Source: Brevundimonas sp. (GTDB taxonomy: Bacteria; Pseudomonadota; Alphaproteobacteria; Caulobacterales; Caulobacteraceae). From it: a stretch of DNA of 64,000 nt. The position numbers and the translations under genes were made by a program. Below, piece after piece: positions 27,327 through 36,351 of the stretch; the first letter of the stretch is position 1, and every line of letters starts with the position of its first letter. The notes below the pieces were generated by a model. That model was not told the origin of the DNA. It saw only the letters and a program-made list of their open reading frames with translations, and searched no databases. The stretch spans positions 5,134 to 69,133 of the forward strand of contig NZ_DASWXW010000016.1 of assembly GCF_036405315.1 (NCBI RefSeq). The letters run 5' to 3'.

Positions 27327-29033
27327 TTACGGCTGCACCGTCTCGCAACGCCCCGTCGCGAAGCCGGGCAGGTCGATGCATCGGCCTTCGACCTTGGGGG
27401 CGGTCACGCCCATGACGTGGGCCAGGGTCGGGGCGATGTCGAGGGTGCGGATCGGCAGGAAGCGTTCCTGCCCCAAACCTTCCGCCCCCTTGGTCCAGAA
27501 GATGATCGGCACGCGACGGTCATAGTCGAAGGGCGTGCCGTGGCCGCTGATGGCGCGGCCGACGCTGCCGCCCGGCACCACGTTCTGGGCGTAGAAGATC
27601 AGGATGTCGGGCGAACGTCCCGCCACGGCGCTGAGGCGCGCGCGCTCGCGCAGGGTCAGCATGTCGGGATTGTCCGAGGCCGGGATCGGGTCCGTCAGCA
27701 CCGCGTCGCGCGTGGCGACGAAGGCGATCTCGGGATTGGTCTTCAGCATCTCGACCGCCGCATTCGCGACCTCGGTCCGCAGCGGATCGGCCAGGGCCAC
27801 GCCGCCGCGCCCGGCCACCATCAGGCCGCTGCCGCCCTGCTGCAGCGGATTGACCTCCAGGTTGAAACGTTCCTTCAGCGCCAGATTGACCCGCGCCACC
27901 CGCTCCAGATCGGCGCGATGCGCGTGCGGATAGCCGTGGTCGTGCAGGCGCTCGACGAAGTCCGATCCGCCGTGGTCCGCCGTCAGCACGACCAGCGTCC
28001 CTTCCGGCAGCTTGTTCAGGAACAGGCCGAGGGCTGCATCCAGGCGGTGCATCTGCTCGCACATTTCCGGCCCCTGGGTGCCGAAGCTGTGGCCGATGCG
28101 GTCGGTGGCCGACAGGCTGACGCCCAGCATGTCCGTGGTCCCGCGCCGGCCCAGTTGCTGCGACTGCAGCAGGTCCGCCGCCGCCACCAGGGTCGCTTCG
28201 TCCAGGGCCGGCGAGGTGTCGAACACCGGGTTGGCCGGCGGCACGGCCGCGCGGAAGGTCTGGCCGCGAATGGTCCAGTCGCCGTCCAGCCCCTGGCAGT
28301 CGCTGAACGCCCCCGTCCAGTAGGGCGCCGGGTTCGACGCCTCGCTCATGGCGCGGAAGCGGGCGTTGAAGGCCGCCACCGGCGCCAGCCGCGCCTCGGC
28401 GCTCTGACCCGGCTCGACATAGGTGGTCAGGCCGAAGCCGTCGGTGAACCAGTAGGCCCCGTCGCCCTTGTGCCCGTTCAGGTTGATCGCGCCGCGATCC
28501 TTGCCCGAAACGGCGAAGATCCGGCTCTGCGGGTTCTTTTCCTTCAACCAGTCGGCCAGGGTCGAAACCATCAGCTGGTCGGGGCCGACCGGGCCGTTGT
28601 CGGTGTTCTTGCCGTGCGCCAGCGTGTTCTGCGGCGCGGCCAGGCAATAGACTTCCTTGCCCGTGGCCGGATCGACCCAGTCGTTGGCGAGGATGCCGGT
28701 CTCGGTCGGGTGCATCCCGGTCAGGATGGTGGAGTGGCCCGGGCAGGTCTCGGTCAGGCCGTGCGTCTGATAGCCGTTGACATGCACCAGCCCCTGATCC
28801 GCCAGAGTCTTCAGACCGCCGGTGAACCGGCTGCGATACTGGCTGAACAGATTGGCGCTGAACTGGTCCACCACGATGGTCACTACCAGCGGCGGCGCCG
28901 CACGCGCGGTCGAAGCGGCGACCGGGGCCGTCGTCGCTGCGGGCTGGGCCGCCTGCTGCGCCAGAGCCGGCAGGGACGCGCCCGACAGAAGAGCGAACGT
29001 CAGGGTGGAGGCCAGAACACGGCTGCGGATCAT
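27327..29033 (-). CDS. Secreted alkaline phosphatase family protein (PafA/PhoV type)
   Basis: Signal peptide, VVDQF, TETCPGHSTILTG, SGKDRGA, TDRIGH, LTADHG, GHGT..DYD. Confidence 0.88.
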   Translation of the reverse strand: MIRSRVLASTLTFALLSGASLPALAQQAAQPAATTAPVAASTARAAPPLVVTIVVDQFSANLFSQYRSRFTGGLKTLADQGLVHVNGYQTHGLTETCPGHSTILTGMHPTETGILANDWVDPATGKEVYCLAAPQNTLAHGKNTDNGPVGPDQLMVSTLADWLKEKNPQSRIFAVSGKDRGAINLNGHKGDGAYWFTDGFGLTTYVEPGQSAEARLAPVAAFNARFRAMSEASNPAPYWTGAFSDCQGLDGDWTIRGQTFRAAVPPANPVFDTSPALDEATLVAAADLLQSQQLGRRGTTDMLGVSLSATDRIGHSFGTQGPEMCEQMHRLDAALGLFLNKLPEGTLVVLTADHGGSDFVERLHDHGYPHAHRADLERVARVNLALKERFNLEVNPLQQGGSGLMVAGRGGVALADPLRTEVANAAVEMLKTNPEIAFVATRDAVLTDPIPASDNPDMLTLRERARLSAVAGRSPDILIFYAQNVVPGGSVGRAISGHGTPFDYDRRVPIIFWTKGAEGLGQERFLPIRTLDIAPTLAHVMGVTAPKVEGRCIDLPGFATGRCETVQP

Positions 29034-29310
29034 CTTGGACACCGGAAACACGACAGGATGAAGGGTGACTACCCCCCCAGCGTAACGGCGCCAAGACAAC
29101 GGCTCAGATGAGCGGCTCAGCCGGTTCCAGAAGCGTCGGGCCGTGACATCCGCCTTGCATGACCGGAGGCCCGGCATCACTCGCCGATCAGTTTCGCCGC
29201 GCGCGAACACTATTACCGCTTGCACCAATAGAACGCCGTTCTACAGTTTTTTGGAGCCACAATGGGAAGGGAAGCCGAAGCCCATTGCAGCCAATCAATG
29301 AGAGGCCATC

Positions 29311-29538
29311 ATGACTGACACCTGGATTTCTCGTCGCGGCCGCACCTTTGGCATGGCAGTCAGCCTGTTCGGCGTCATCGCATACATCGCCTGCCGTCTA
29401 GTATTCGCAAAATACTGGCTCGACATAGTGGCCAACGACGCCTTGGGCTGGACCATAACAGCTGCTTATGCGGCGATCGGATCCATCATTGCTGGCGCCG
29501 TGATAGTGACAGCGTCCTTCATCAGGAAACCCCGCTAG
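29311..29538 (+). CDS. Low-GC hypothetical membrane protein (2 TM)
   Basis: 75 aa, RBS GAGAGG, atypical codons. Confidence 0.55.
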   Translation: MTDTWISRRGRTFGMAVSLFGVIAYIACRLVFAKYWLDIVANDALGWTITAAYAAIGSIIAGAVIVTASFIRKPR

Positions 29539-29595
29539 ACGCGATTACCGAAGCCCCCGGAGGCTGACCGGGGGACTTCTCATCGGCGCAAAAAT

Positions 29596-29652
29596 TGGTG
29601 CGAGCGGCGGGGGTCGAACCCGCAAGACCGAGGTCGGCAGATTTTAAGTCTG
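29596..29652 (-). tRNA. 3' half of tRNA-Leu(TAA); prophage att duplicate, not a full gene
   Basis: CAGA-CTTAAAA-TCTG anticodon arm, long variable arm, GGTTCGACCCC T arm, ..GCTCGCACCA; no D arm or 5' acceptor strand upstream. Confidence 0.88.
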
Positions 29653-29708
29653 AGACGCCCTGAGCAATTTCAACACTTTGCCGGATTTGCGGCGCTGGCG
29701 CGGCGCTA

Positions 29709-30935
29709 TCAGATTATGAGCCGCTCGCTGGCCTGGGCGATGGCGTCGTCCTCTTCCTCGTCGCGCCAGAGATGGCCGTAGGTGTCCATCGTCATCTTCA
29801 GCGTGGCGTGTCCGACCAGCTCCTGAACCTTCTTCGGCTTGGGCTGCGGCGTTTGCGCCAGCCAGAGGCTGACGGCGACATGGCGCAGGACGTGGGGCTT
29901 GAACTCGGCAACCGGGCGGTTCTTGCCCTTGCTGTCGGGGAGCATCATCACCAGCCCGGCGGCGCGCATCAGCGGCATCCAGCAATCGCGGATGAAGTCC
30001 TCATAGCCCCACACGCCCTCGCCGGTCTTCGGGTTCGGGAACAGCCGGCCCGGCATCATTCGGCGCTCCCGGCGGCCGTCTACGTGCTGGAAGTGGCCGA
30101 CCGGCCCGCGCTTCAGGCGCCAGGCGCGCACGGCAAGGGCTGTCGTCTGCCCGATCGGCACGTCGCGTTGGCCCTTCTTCGTCTTCGGCGGGTCCAGTGT
30201 CCGGTGCGTCCGGTCTAGCCGCTCCTTCACGCGCAGCTTGCCGCCCGTCGTCCGAACAGCTGCGGCATCGTCTGCCATGCCAAGAGCTTCCGAGATCCGC
30301 AGCCCTCCGAACATGAGGATGCGCACCACGGCGCTGTCGCGTTCAGGGTTGGCGCTCTCGGTCGCGGCCTTCACCAATGCGGCGAGCTGATCCTTCGACG
30401 GCAAAGAGAAGGGCTCGCTGTCGGCCTTTTCCCCATCGCCCTCGACGGCGCAGGCCTGAGCCGGGTTCGCCAGCAGCCAGCCGCGGCGAGCTCCGAACCG
30501 GCACCACGTCACCAGAGAGCGCCTGATCTGGCGCGCGAGGTTGATGGAGCCGCCGCTCTGCACGACCTCGTCGAGGAAACCTTGAATGTCGGGAGACCGC
30601 AGGTTGGAGAGCCGGGTGCGTCCGATCTTGTGGTCGCGGATATGGGTGTCGAGGATCGACTGATAGCCGTCCGCCGTCCCGGTGCGTCGGGCGCCCGCCC
30701 TGACCAGGCCGTGGAAGTTCGCGATGTGGGCCTCGGCCAGCTGCGTCACTGTCATGGTGGACGACCCGCCGACCAGCCCGGCCGAAACGCTGTCGAGCCA
30801 CGCCTTGGCCTCACCCTTCAGGTCGAAGTTCTTGGACTGCCTGACGCCGTCAGGGCCAGCCCAGGTCGCGCGCCAGCTGACCTTGACGCTACCGTCCTGG
30901 CGCGGCCGGTTCTTGATCTTGCGGACGTTAGCCAT
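29709..30935 (-). CDS. Tyrosine integrase
   Basis: GLRISE (R), PKT (K), HVLRH, GH..KMTMDTYGH; catalytic residues intact. Confidence 0.93.
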   Translation of the reverse strand: MANVRKIKNRPRQDGSVKVSWRATWAGPDGVRQSKNFDLKGEAKAWLDSVSAGLVGGSSTMTVTQLAEAHIANFHGLVRAGARRTGTADGYQSILDTHIRDHKIGRTRLSNLRSPDIQGFLDEVVQSGGSINLARQIRRSLVTWCRFGARRGWLLANPAQACAVEGDGEKADSEPFSLPSKDQLAALVKAATESANPERDSAVVRILMFGGLRISEALGMADDAAAVRTTGGKLRVKERLDRTHRTLDPPKTKKGQRDVPIGQTTALAVRAWRLKRGPVGHFQHVDGRRERRMMPGRLFPNPKTGEGVWGYEDFIRDCWMPLMRAAGLVMMLPDSKGKNRPVAEFKPHVLRHVAVSLWLAQTPQPKPKKVQELVGHATLKMTMDTYGHLWRDEEEDDAIAQASERLII

Positions 30936-30989
30936 GCGAAGCCCCTGAGCGTGCCGCATACAGGCACGTCAGGCCGCCGATGTCATCCG

Positions 30990-31220
30990 TCACGCGACCC
31001 GCACATTCGGCGCTAGGGTCTCGTCAGCCTCCAGCCATGCGTCCAGCTCGTCGGGGAAGGCATAGAGCCCGATCCCGTCCCGCTTCCGGATCGGGCAGGT
31101 CCAGCCTTTCTCCCGCGCGTGGTAGACCCAGCGCTCGGGGCGGCCGAGATAGCTGGCGATGTCGGCGGCGCCCTCCAGACGGACGCGGCGGGTCGGCGTG
31201 CTGTCGTTCGCGGCGCTCAT
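30990..31220 (-). CDS. Excisionase-like winged-HTH protein
   Basis: AADIASYLG..ERWVY, PIRK, ELDAWL; adjacent to int. Confidence 0.7.
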   Translation of the reverse strand: MSAANDSTPTRRVRLEGAADIASYLGRPERWVYHAREKGWTCPIRKRDGIGLYAFPDELDAWLEADETLAPNVRVA

Positions 31221-31390
31221 CGTCCCTCTCCATCAGGGGGCGTGGTGGGGGCGCGAAGACGGGCGCGGCGCTCGGACCATTCCTGCACCAGTTCGGTCGC
31301 GGCGAGCGGCCCGTCCTCAGCCAATGTCCGCGCGAACTCACGAGCAATCGCGGCCTCCTGTTTGTCGTATAGCCTGACGACTTCGCTCAT
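31217..31390 (-). CDS. Phage hypothetical protein, 57 aa
   Basis: ATGA-coupled on both sides; MSEVVRLYDK..DGEGR. Confidence 0.6.
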   Translation of the reverse strand: MSEVVRLYDKQEAAIAREFARTLAEDGPLAATELVQEWSERRARLRAPTTPPDGEGR

Positions 31391-31587
31391 CCGCCCTGTG
31401 CCTTGGCTTTGAGAATAGGGGAGACTACGCCGCTTTCAGCGCCTTCGTTCCGTCGCCGCACGATCACCTTGTCCAGACCATCGAGGCCGAACATGCGGAT
31501 TGCCAGCGCCACGGCCTGAAGCTCAGTGATGACGGCGAGATTGTCAGGCACAGGGATGGAGCCGTCTTCGGCGGAATGTACCATCAC
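31387..31587 (-). CDS. Phage hypothetical protein
   Basis: ATGA overlaps. Confidence 0.6.
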   Translation of the reverse strand: MMVHSAEDGSIPVPDNLAVITELQAVALAIRMFGLDGLDKVIVRRRNEGAESGVVSPILKAKAQGG

Positions 31588-31844
31588 TCTCCAGCCTCCT
31601 TTGCTTGGTTAGGGGCGGATGGGAGGGGGAGCCAGTAAATGTCGTTGGCGGACGTGTAGCGATCCGCCCGGACGACACGGCCCGCCTTTTCGAGCCGCCG
31701 CATACGGCGAAGGATGTAGGGGCGGCGAATGAGCATACCGAGGCGGTCAGCAACGTGTGCCGTTCGCCCGCCGTCGCGCAGTGCGGTGACGATCTGATCG
31801 TCTGTCGGCTCCAGCCGTTCGATGAGCGCGCTATGGTCGGTCAT
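31584..31844 (-). CDS. Phage winged-HTH-like protein
   Basis: TAHVADRLG..ILRRMRRLEKAGRV; ATGA overlaps. Confidence 0.55.
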   Translation of the reverse strand: MTDHSALIERLEPTDDQIVTALRDGGRTAHVADRLGMLIRRPYILRRMRRLEKAGRVVRADRYTSANDIYWLPLPSAPNQAKEAGE

Positions 31845-31960
31845 TTCCACGCGTCCTTCTTCTTTCTTCGGCATGACGGACACAACCTCGGATGGAGGCT
31901 GTTCATGTTTGCTGCGTAGTGAAGCCCGCAAATCAGGCAGACAATCAGCCGCACGGTCAT
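31841..31960 (-). CDS. Small zinc-ribbon protein, 39 aa
   Basis: CLIC...CPSC; ATGA overlap. Confidence 0.55.
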   Translation of the reverse strand: MTVRLIVCLICGLHYAANMNSLHPRLCPSCRRKKKDAWK

Positions 31961-32298
31961 TGGTCGGCTCCCTGGTTGGCTAGCAGCGCGCGGGCATTGG
32001 TCTTGAACGACGCGAAGCCGCGCCAGTCGTCGCATTTCAGGCCCGTCGCCTTTCGCAGCAGCCCTACGGCCTCGTCGCGCTGGCGTCGGTATTCGAGCGC
32101 CTCTTTCGCAACATCGCGTCCGTAGCCACGCAGCGCCGCTATCTCGGACAGGAGGGCTTCGAGGACGTCGGCAGCACGCGGGCCATCAGGGTTGGCTAAA
32201 ACGCGGCCATAGATGCCGTGGCGGTCCCGCTTCGATGCACGCAAAGACGCCAGCAGTTCCGCATGGTCGGCTGTCTCTCGGGTGGTGGGGGCGGTCAT
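31957..32298 (-). CDS. Phage hypothetical protein
   Basis: Coupled ORF with coiled-coil segment. Confidence 0.6.
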   Translation of the reverse strand: MTAPTTRETADHAELLASLRASKRDRHGIYGRVLANPDGPRAADVLEALLSEIAALRGYGRDVAKEALEYRRQRDEAVGLLRKATGLKCDDWRGFASFKTNARALLANQGADQ

Positions 32299-32534
32299 TT
32301 ACGTGCCTCACGATCTTTGCGCTCGCCCATGCCGATCTCAACTGCGATCTTCACTCCATCGTCGGTCAGCCAGTTCCAGCCGTCCGCGCGCTGAACCAGA
32401 CCACGGTCAAAGAGGTCAGAGCGACCGGCCTTGCTGGGAACCTCGCCGTCCCATGTCGGCCCGTGCTTGAACAAGCACCACATGACTTCCCATTCTGCGC
32501 CGGTCAGCGCCTTCGGTGTTGCGATCACGCTCAT
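32295..32534 (-). CDS. Phage hypothetical protein
   Basis: GPTWDGEVPSKAGRSDL motif of small lambdoid proteins. Confidence 0.6.
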   Translation of the reverse strand: MSVIATPKALTGAEWEVMWCLFKHGPTWDGEVPSKAGRSDLFDRGLVQRADGWNWLTDDGVKIAVEIGMGERKDREARK

Positions 32535-32878
32535 TTCGCATCCCCCTTCAGGGCGTCAGGGGTGGAGAGGGGGCCGATGCACGCGCGGAACGCAGCCTTG
32601 ACTAGTTCGCGCTTGGCAGGGGTCAGCGCCAGCTTTTCGATGTTGTCGGCCATCTGGTTGATGACGTCTTGGCGGACCTCCCGCAGCTTGTCGGCGCTCG
32701 GGGCGGCTGGGTGGGGGTAGAGGGGCTGGGTGAAATGCCCCTCGCGGGCTTCCGGCTGGCGACGATGAGACAACAGATGCGATGCAAGTTCATCGCGCAG
32801 CTTCCACGGCGGGGCGCTGAGCCCGTGCTTGGCGAACAGGTCGTTGATGACCTGAAAGGCGGGGCGTTCATCGGCCAT
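32531..32878 (-). CDS. Phage modular hypothetical protein
   Basis: RBS GGAGGG; QPEAR and FTQPLYPHPAAP linker motifs. Confidence 0.6.
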   Translation of the reverse strand: MADERPAFQVINDLFAKHGLSAPPWKLRDELASHLLSHRRQPEAREGHFTQPLYPHPAAPSADKLREVRQDVINQMADNIEKLALTPAKRELVKAAFRACIGPLSTPDALKGDAK

Positions 32879-32880
32879 CG

Positions 32881-33105
32881 TCAGGCCCTCCATTTCAGGT
32901 GATTGCGGGCGTAAACGACCCAGAGCGCGACGTTCATGGGGAGCAGACCCCAAGTCGCTGACGTGACGATCCAGCCAAGCCAAAGCGCCTGATTGCCGAG
33001 GCCGATGGCCCATGCGGAGCGATGCTTGTTGCCCGCCAGCACGGTCATCCAGATCGTGATCGCGGACAGGAGCCAGGGCAGATAGGTGATGATCTCCGCT
33101 TTCAT
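32881..33105 (-). CDS. 3-TM PnuC/SemiSWEET-like membrane protein
   Basis: WLLSAITIWM..AWAIGLGNQALW..WGLLPMN..YARNHLKW. Confidence 0.55.
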   Translation of the reverse strand: MKAEIITYLPWLLSAITIWMTVLAGNKHRSAWAIGLGNQALWLGWIVTSATWGLLPMNVALWVVYARNHLKWRA

Positions 33106-34460
33106 GAGCGGGCTTCCGGCGCAGACGAACGGGCGCGGAGGGCGAGAACCTTGATCAGGTCCGAGCGAAACTCGACTGCCGGGTCGAGGCACCATTCGCC
33201 GCCATAGACCTGCTCAACCTGCGCGCCCGCCGCGACGGCGGCCACGCGAACTTCCGCATCTCGGCCTTCACGCTCCCCCGCCCCCTCGGCTGGGGCTTCA
33301 TGGCTCGCGGCAACCATGGCGGCGAATATCGCCTCTACAGCCCCAGCCCCCACAACTTCGGAGCCGTCCATGTATGTGTCGGTAAAGTCTCGAAGCGCTC
33401 CTTCTCCCGCTTCGACCATGGCTTCCGTGATAGGCGCGGCTTCCGCGTTGAGAGCGTTGAACTTGGCAAGCTCTCGGTCGTACCGTTTCCAGTGCCCCGC
33501 CGCCTGCGTCTCAGCGTCAGACCGGGCTGTCGGGTCCGCCGCGCTTCGTGCGATCCGATCTTGCCCCTCAGCGGCCTCTCTGATGGCCTCTACGCGGTTG
33601 TATTCGTCTCGCCATGCCGGTGAGGCTGGGGCTTCATGGCGGGGGGTGAGAGCTGGCGGCATGACTGATAGGTCAATCAGCTTGGTCCAGTCCGGCGTGT
33701 GGATGTTGCAGGACCATCGGCCACATGGTTTGTCCTGCTGGTCGCCGTTGACGATCGATCCGCCAAGCCCATACGCGATGTGCTGCGCCAGTTCGGACGC
33801 TCCAACTGCCTCAGCCACCCAAGGTGCGGCGATCAGGTCCAGGTCGCGCTCCATCGTGCCATGAACGCCGATGGCGTAGCCGACTTCCCGCGCCAGTTCG
33901 CGGATGCGGTCGATGTCAGGAAGGCCGGGCCATTCCCACCCGTCAGCGGGCTTCGTCAGCGCGGTCCCGCATTTCTGGCAGGGATCGACGGCGCGCGGCG
34001 AGTTACAGGTCATGCAGGCCCATTCCACCCCCTCCCGCTCTGGGGCTTCCGGGGATAGGGCGGCGAGGCCAAACTCGCGGATCAGCGCCTTTGCCAGCCG
34101 CTCTTTCGAGCCCGTTAGAGATGTGGCGTAGAAATCCTCGAACACGATCCGCTCGACGCGATTCTGCACGTCCTCCCCACCCGCCAGCGATGACGGGGCG
34201 GGGGCGGCTTGAGCCTTCGCCAGTTCGATCGACAGCCAGCGGATGCGCTCCTTGGCAGCGGTCTGCCAGACGATCAGGTCGAGGTCGTTCCGATCCGCCA
34301 TGAAGACGCGGTTCGCCAGTGCGAAGTCGGTCAGGTCGGGCCGCGAACGGGGCTGTCCGTCATACTGGCGGACGAACTCGGCCCATGCGGCGTCATCATC
34401 GCAATGGCCGGGGCCGCGAACCGGAACGACGACGCTCTGGGTGGTTGGGGTGACGGTCAT
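33102..34460 (-). CDS. Mosaic Ead/Ea22-like multi-module phage protein
   Basis: Modules joined by PEAP/HEAPA/PEAR linkers; CxxC..CxxC; GYAIGVHGT..DLD. Confidence 0.65.
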   Translation of the reverse strand: MTVTPTTQSVVVPVRGPGHCDDDAAWAEFVRQYDGQPRSRPDLTDFALANRVFMADRNDLDLIVWQTAAKERIRWLSIELAKAQAAPAPSSLAGGEDVQNRVERIVFEDFYATSLTGSKERLAKALIREFGLAALSPEAPEREGVEWACMTCNSPRAVDPCQKCGTALTKPADGWEWPGLPDIDRIRELAREVGYAIGVHGTMERDLDLIAAPWVAEAVGASELAQHIAYGLGGSIVNGDQQDKPCGRWSCNIHTPDWTKLIDLSVMPPALTPRHEAPASPAWRDEYNRVEAIREAAEGQDRIARSAADPTARSDAETQAAGHWKRYDRELAKFNALNAEAAPITEAMVEAGEGALRDFTDTYMDGSEVVGAGAVEAIFAAMVAASHEAPAEGAGEREGRDAEVRVAAVAAGAQVEQVYGGEWCLDPAVEFRSDLIKVLALRARSSAPEARS

Positions 34461-34783
34461 GCGCGGTTCTCCCGGCGATAGATGTCTGTCTCGGCGGCTT
34501 CGGCCATCAGGTAGGCGTCGTGGTCGCCCGTGTCGAACCTGGCCAGGATCGCCTCTTCCGTGGCCTCGTCGCCCGTCGAGACGGGATGCCCGTCGATCTT
34601 CTCGACGCGGATGTCCTCGATCTCCGCATCCTCGGCTGGCAGTCCGCCATGAGCGTAGGCGGGGGGCGTTTCGGCCCGGCCCTGGCGGACGACATAGCTG
34701 ATCGTCGCGTCCAGCTCGCAGTAGTCCGCCTCGCCATCCGTCCCGAACGACAGGCAGGTGCTGTAGCTATATCGGCGGCTCAT
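34457..34783 (-). CDS. Acidic phage hypothetical protein
   Basis: ATGA overlaps. Confidence 0.65.
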   Translation of the reverse strand: MSRRYSYSTCLSFGTDGEADYCELDATISYVVRQGRAETPPAYAHGGLPAEDAEIEDIRVEKIDGHPVSTGDEATEEAILARFDTGDHDAYLMAEAAETDIYRRENRA

Positions 34784-35007
34784 GCCTCACCCCCACGGCG
34801 GGAGGCTTGGCGGATTCTAGCCTCGCGCTGGGCGTCATGCCCGGCCGGATCGGCGGCGAAGTAGAAGCTTCTCGCTCTGGCGTAGAGTGCGAACAGCTTG
34901 TCCGACTGAGCTTCGGGGATAGTTCCGGTGAAGTCGTCGACCCAATCGATGAAATCAACAATCAAGCGAACCGAATCCGCCTCAAGCACTTCCGTTGGGG
35001 TGGTCAT
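34780..35007 (-). CDS. Phage hypothetical protein
   Basis: ATGA overlaps. Confidence 0.6.
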   Translation of the reverse strand: MTTPTEVLEADSVRLIVDFIDWVDDFTGTIPEAQSDKLFALYARARSFYFAADPAGHDAQREARIRQASRRGGEA

Positions 35008-35480
35008 GGCTGGGACTCCTGGGGGCGGTGGTTGCGGATGATCTGCTCACCGGCGGTGATGTCGCCGGAGACGGCGTAGAGGGCCTGGCACAGTTCGAAG
35101 GGGTCGATGCCCAGGGCGTGCCAGAAGGTCAGTTCGGCGCCGGAGTGCTGCTTGGTGTGGCAGTCCCGGCAAAGGGGCGCGGTCCAGCGATCGGACGGCT
35201 TCTCAGCCTTGCCGGTGTGGCGCTTGCCGATGGTGATGTCCCCTGCCCTCAGGTGGGCGGCGTCGCAGGGGCCCGGAACCCGGCAGGCGGCGCAGGGCAG
35301 CCGGCGGATGAAGGCCAGATGCTTGTTGTCGCGCTCGCGCGGCTGGCGCTGGCCGGGGCCCTCGGGCCGGAAGGACCGGGACCGGACATGGCCCGGGGCG
35401 AAGTGCTTGCGCTTGAGCGCCCGCTTCTCCTCGCGCAACCGCGTGAGATCGGCGTTGATATGGAACAGCGACCGACTCAT
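35004..35480 (-). CDS. DUF968 / HNH-like zinc-binding protein
   Basis: HLAFIRRLPCAAC, AAH, KPSDRWTAPLCRDCH..QH. Confidence 0.78.
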   Translation of the reverse strand: MSRSLFHINADLTRLREEKRALKRKHFAPGHVRSRSFRPEGPGQRQPRERDNKHLAFIRRLPCAACRVPGPCDAAHLRAGDITIGKRHTGKAEKPSDRWTAPLCRDCHTKQHSGAELTFWHALGIDPFELCQALYAVSGDITAGEQIIRNHRPQESQP

Positions 35481-35821
35481 GCGGCGGCCCTGTCGATGGT
35501 GACCGTGCAGCTCTGCTTCAGGAGGCTGTTGCGGGTGCGCTCGCCCTCTGGGGTGAGCAGGACCGTGAAAGGCCGGGCGGGGATGCCGCGCTCAGGCCAT
35601 GCGGCGGCCTGCTGGACAGCGAGGAGATAGCCCTTGGCGATCAGGCGCAGGACCAGCTCTTCGGGGAAGGTCAGGCGGTCGTCATAGCCGCCCATGACCT
35701 CGGGCAGCAGGCGGAAAGGCACGCCTGCGAAGGCGCAGCGGTTCAACTGCTGGAGCGGCCTGACGGCGCGCAGTAGGTCGGCCTCGTCGGCCAGCAGTCG
35801 GCGGGGATGCTCGTGGATCAT
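35477..35821 (-). CDS. Phage hypothetical protein
   Basis: ATGA overlaps. Confidence 0.6.
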   Translation of the reverse strand: MIHEHPRRLLADEADLLRAVRPLQQLNRCAFAGVPFRLLPEVMGGYDDRLTFPEELVLRLIAKGYLLAVQQAAAWPERGIPARPFTVLLTPEGERTRNSLLKQSCTVTIDRAAA

Positions 35822-36351
35822 GCCGCTTCCTGACTGGCGGTTTCGACGTAGCGGGTCTGGAGCTTACGGCCGATGGGGCCGCGGTAGCGGAAGGGGCAGG
35901 CCTTGAGGCCCAGACCGTTCTCGGCCTCCAGCATGGCGAGCTGGCTGTCCGAGGTGGCGAGATCCACACGGCGCTCGAAGGCCTCGGCCCAGCCGCGCCA
36001 GTCGGTGGCGGTCAGGTCTTCGGGCAGGAACAGGCGCTCGGACCAGTCCACGTCCTCGACGTACTCGGGCAGGCTGTAGGGCCCGACCTCTTCGACGACG
36101 GCCGCCGCGACGTGTTGAACAGGCGGCGGCGCCGGGTTGGCGAGGTTCTGGTTGTCGTTCAGCCAGGTCATGGCGTCGCACAGGCGCTGTGCGAACACCC
36201 CGGCGTCGTCGACATAAGCCGACAGGTAGAGGACAGGCACCCCTGCCCCGCCCGGCTCGCGGGCGCCGTCGATGCGGACGGTCGTAGGGCCGAACAGGTC
36301 GATGTCGCGCTTCGGCGTGCCGGTGCTGACGATGGAATAGAACTCTCGCAT
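35818..36351 (-). CDS. Phage hypothetical protein
   Basis: ATG 36351 in TGATG overlap; MREFYSIV..SQEAA. Confidence 0.6.
   Translation of the reverse strand: MREFYSIVSTGTPKRDIDLFGPTTVRIDGAREPGGAGVPVLYLSAYVDDAGVFAQRLCDAMTWLNDNQNLANPAPPPVQHVAAAVVEEVGPYSLPEYVEDVDWSERLFLPEDLTATDWRGWAEAFERRVDLATSDSQLAMLEAENGLGLKACPFRYRGPIGRKLQTRYVETASQEAA

Noticed and set aside
29229-29243. Perfect palindrome TAGAAC-GCC-GTTCTA
   Set aside because: Single occurrence with no candidate regulator; it may be an operator but is unsupported.
29596-29680. Complete tRNA-Leu gene
   Set aside because: Sequence 5' of the anticodon stem has no D arm or acceptor strand; only the 3' half is present.
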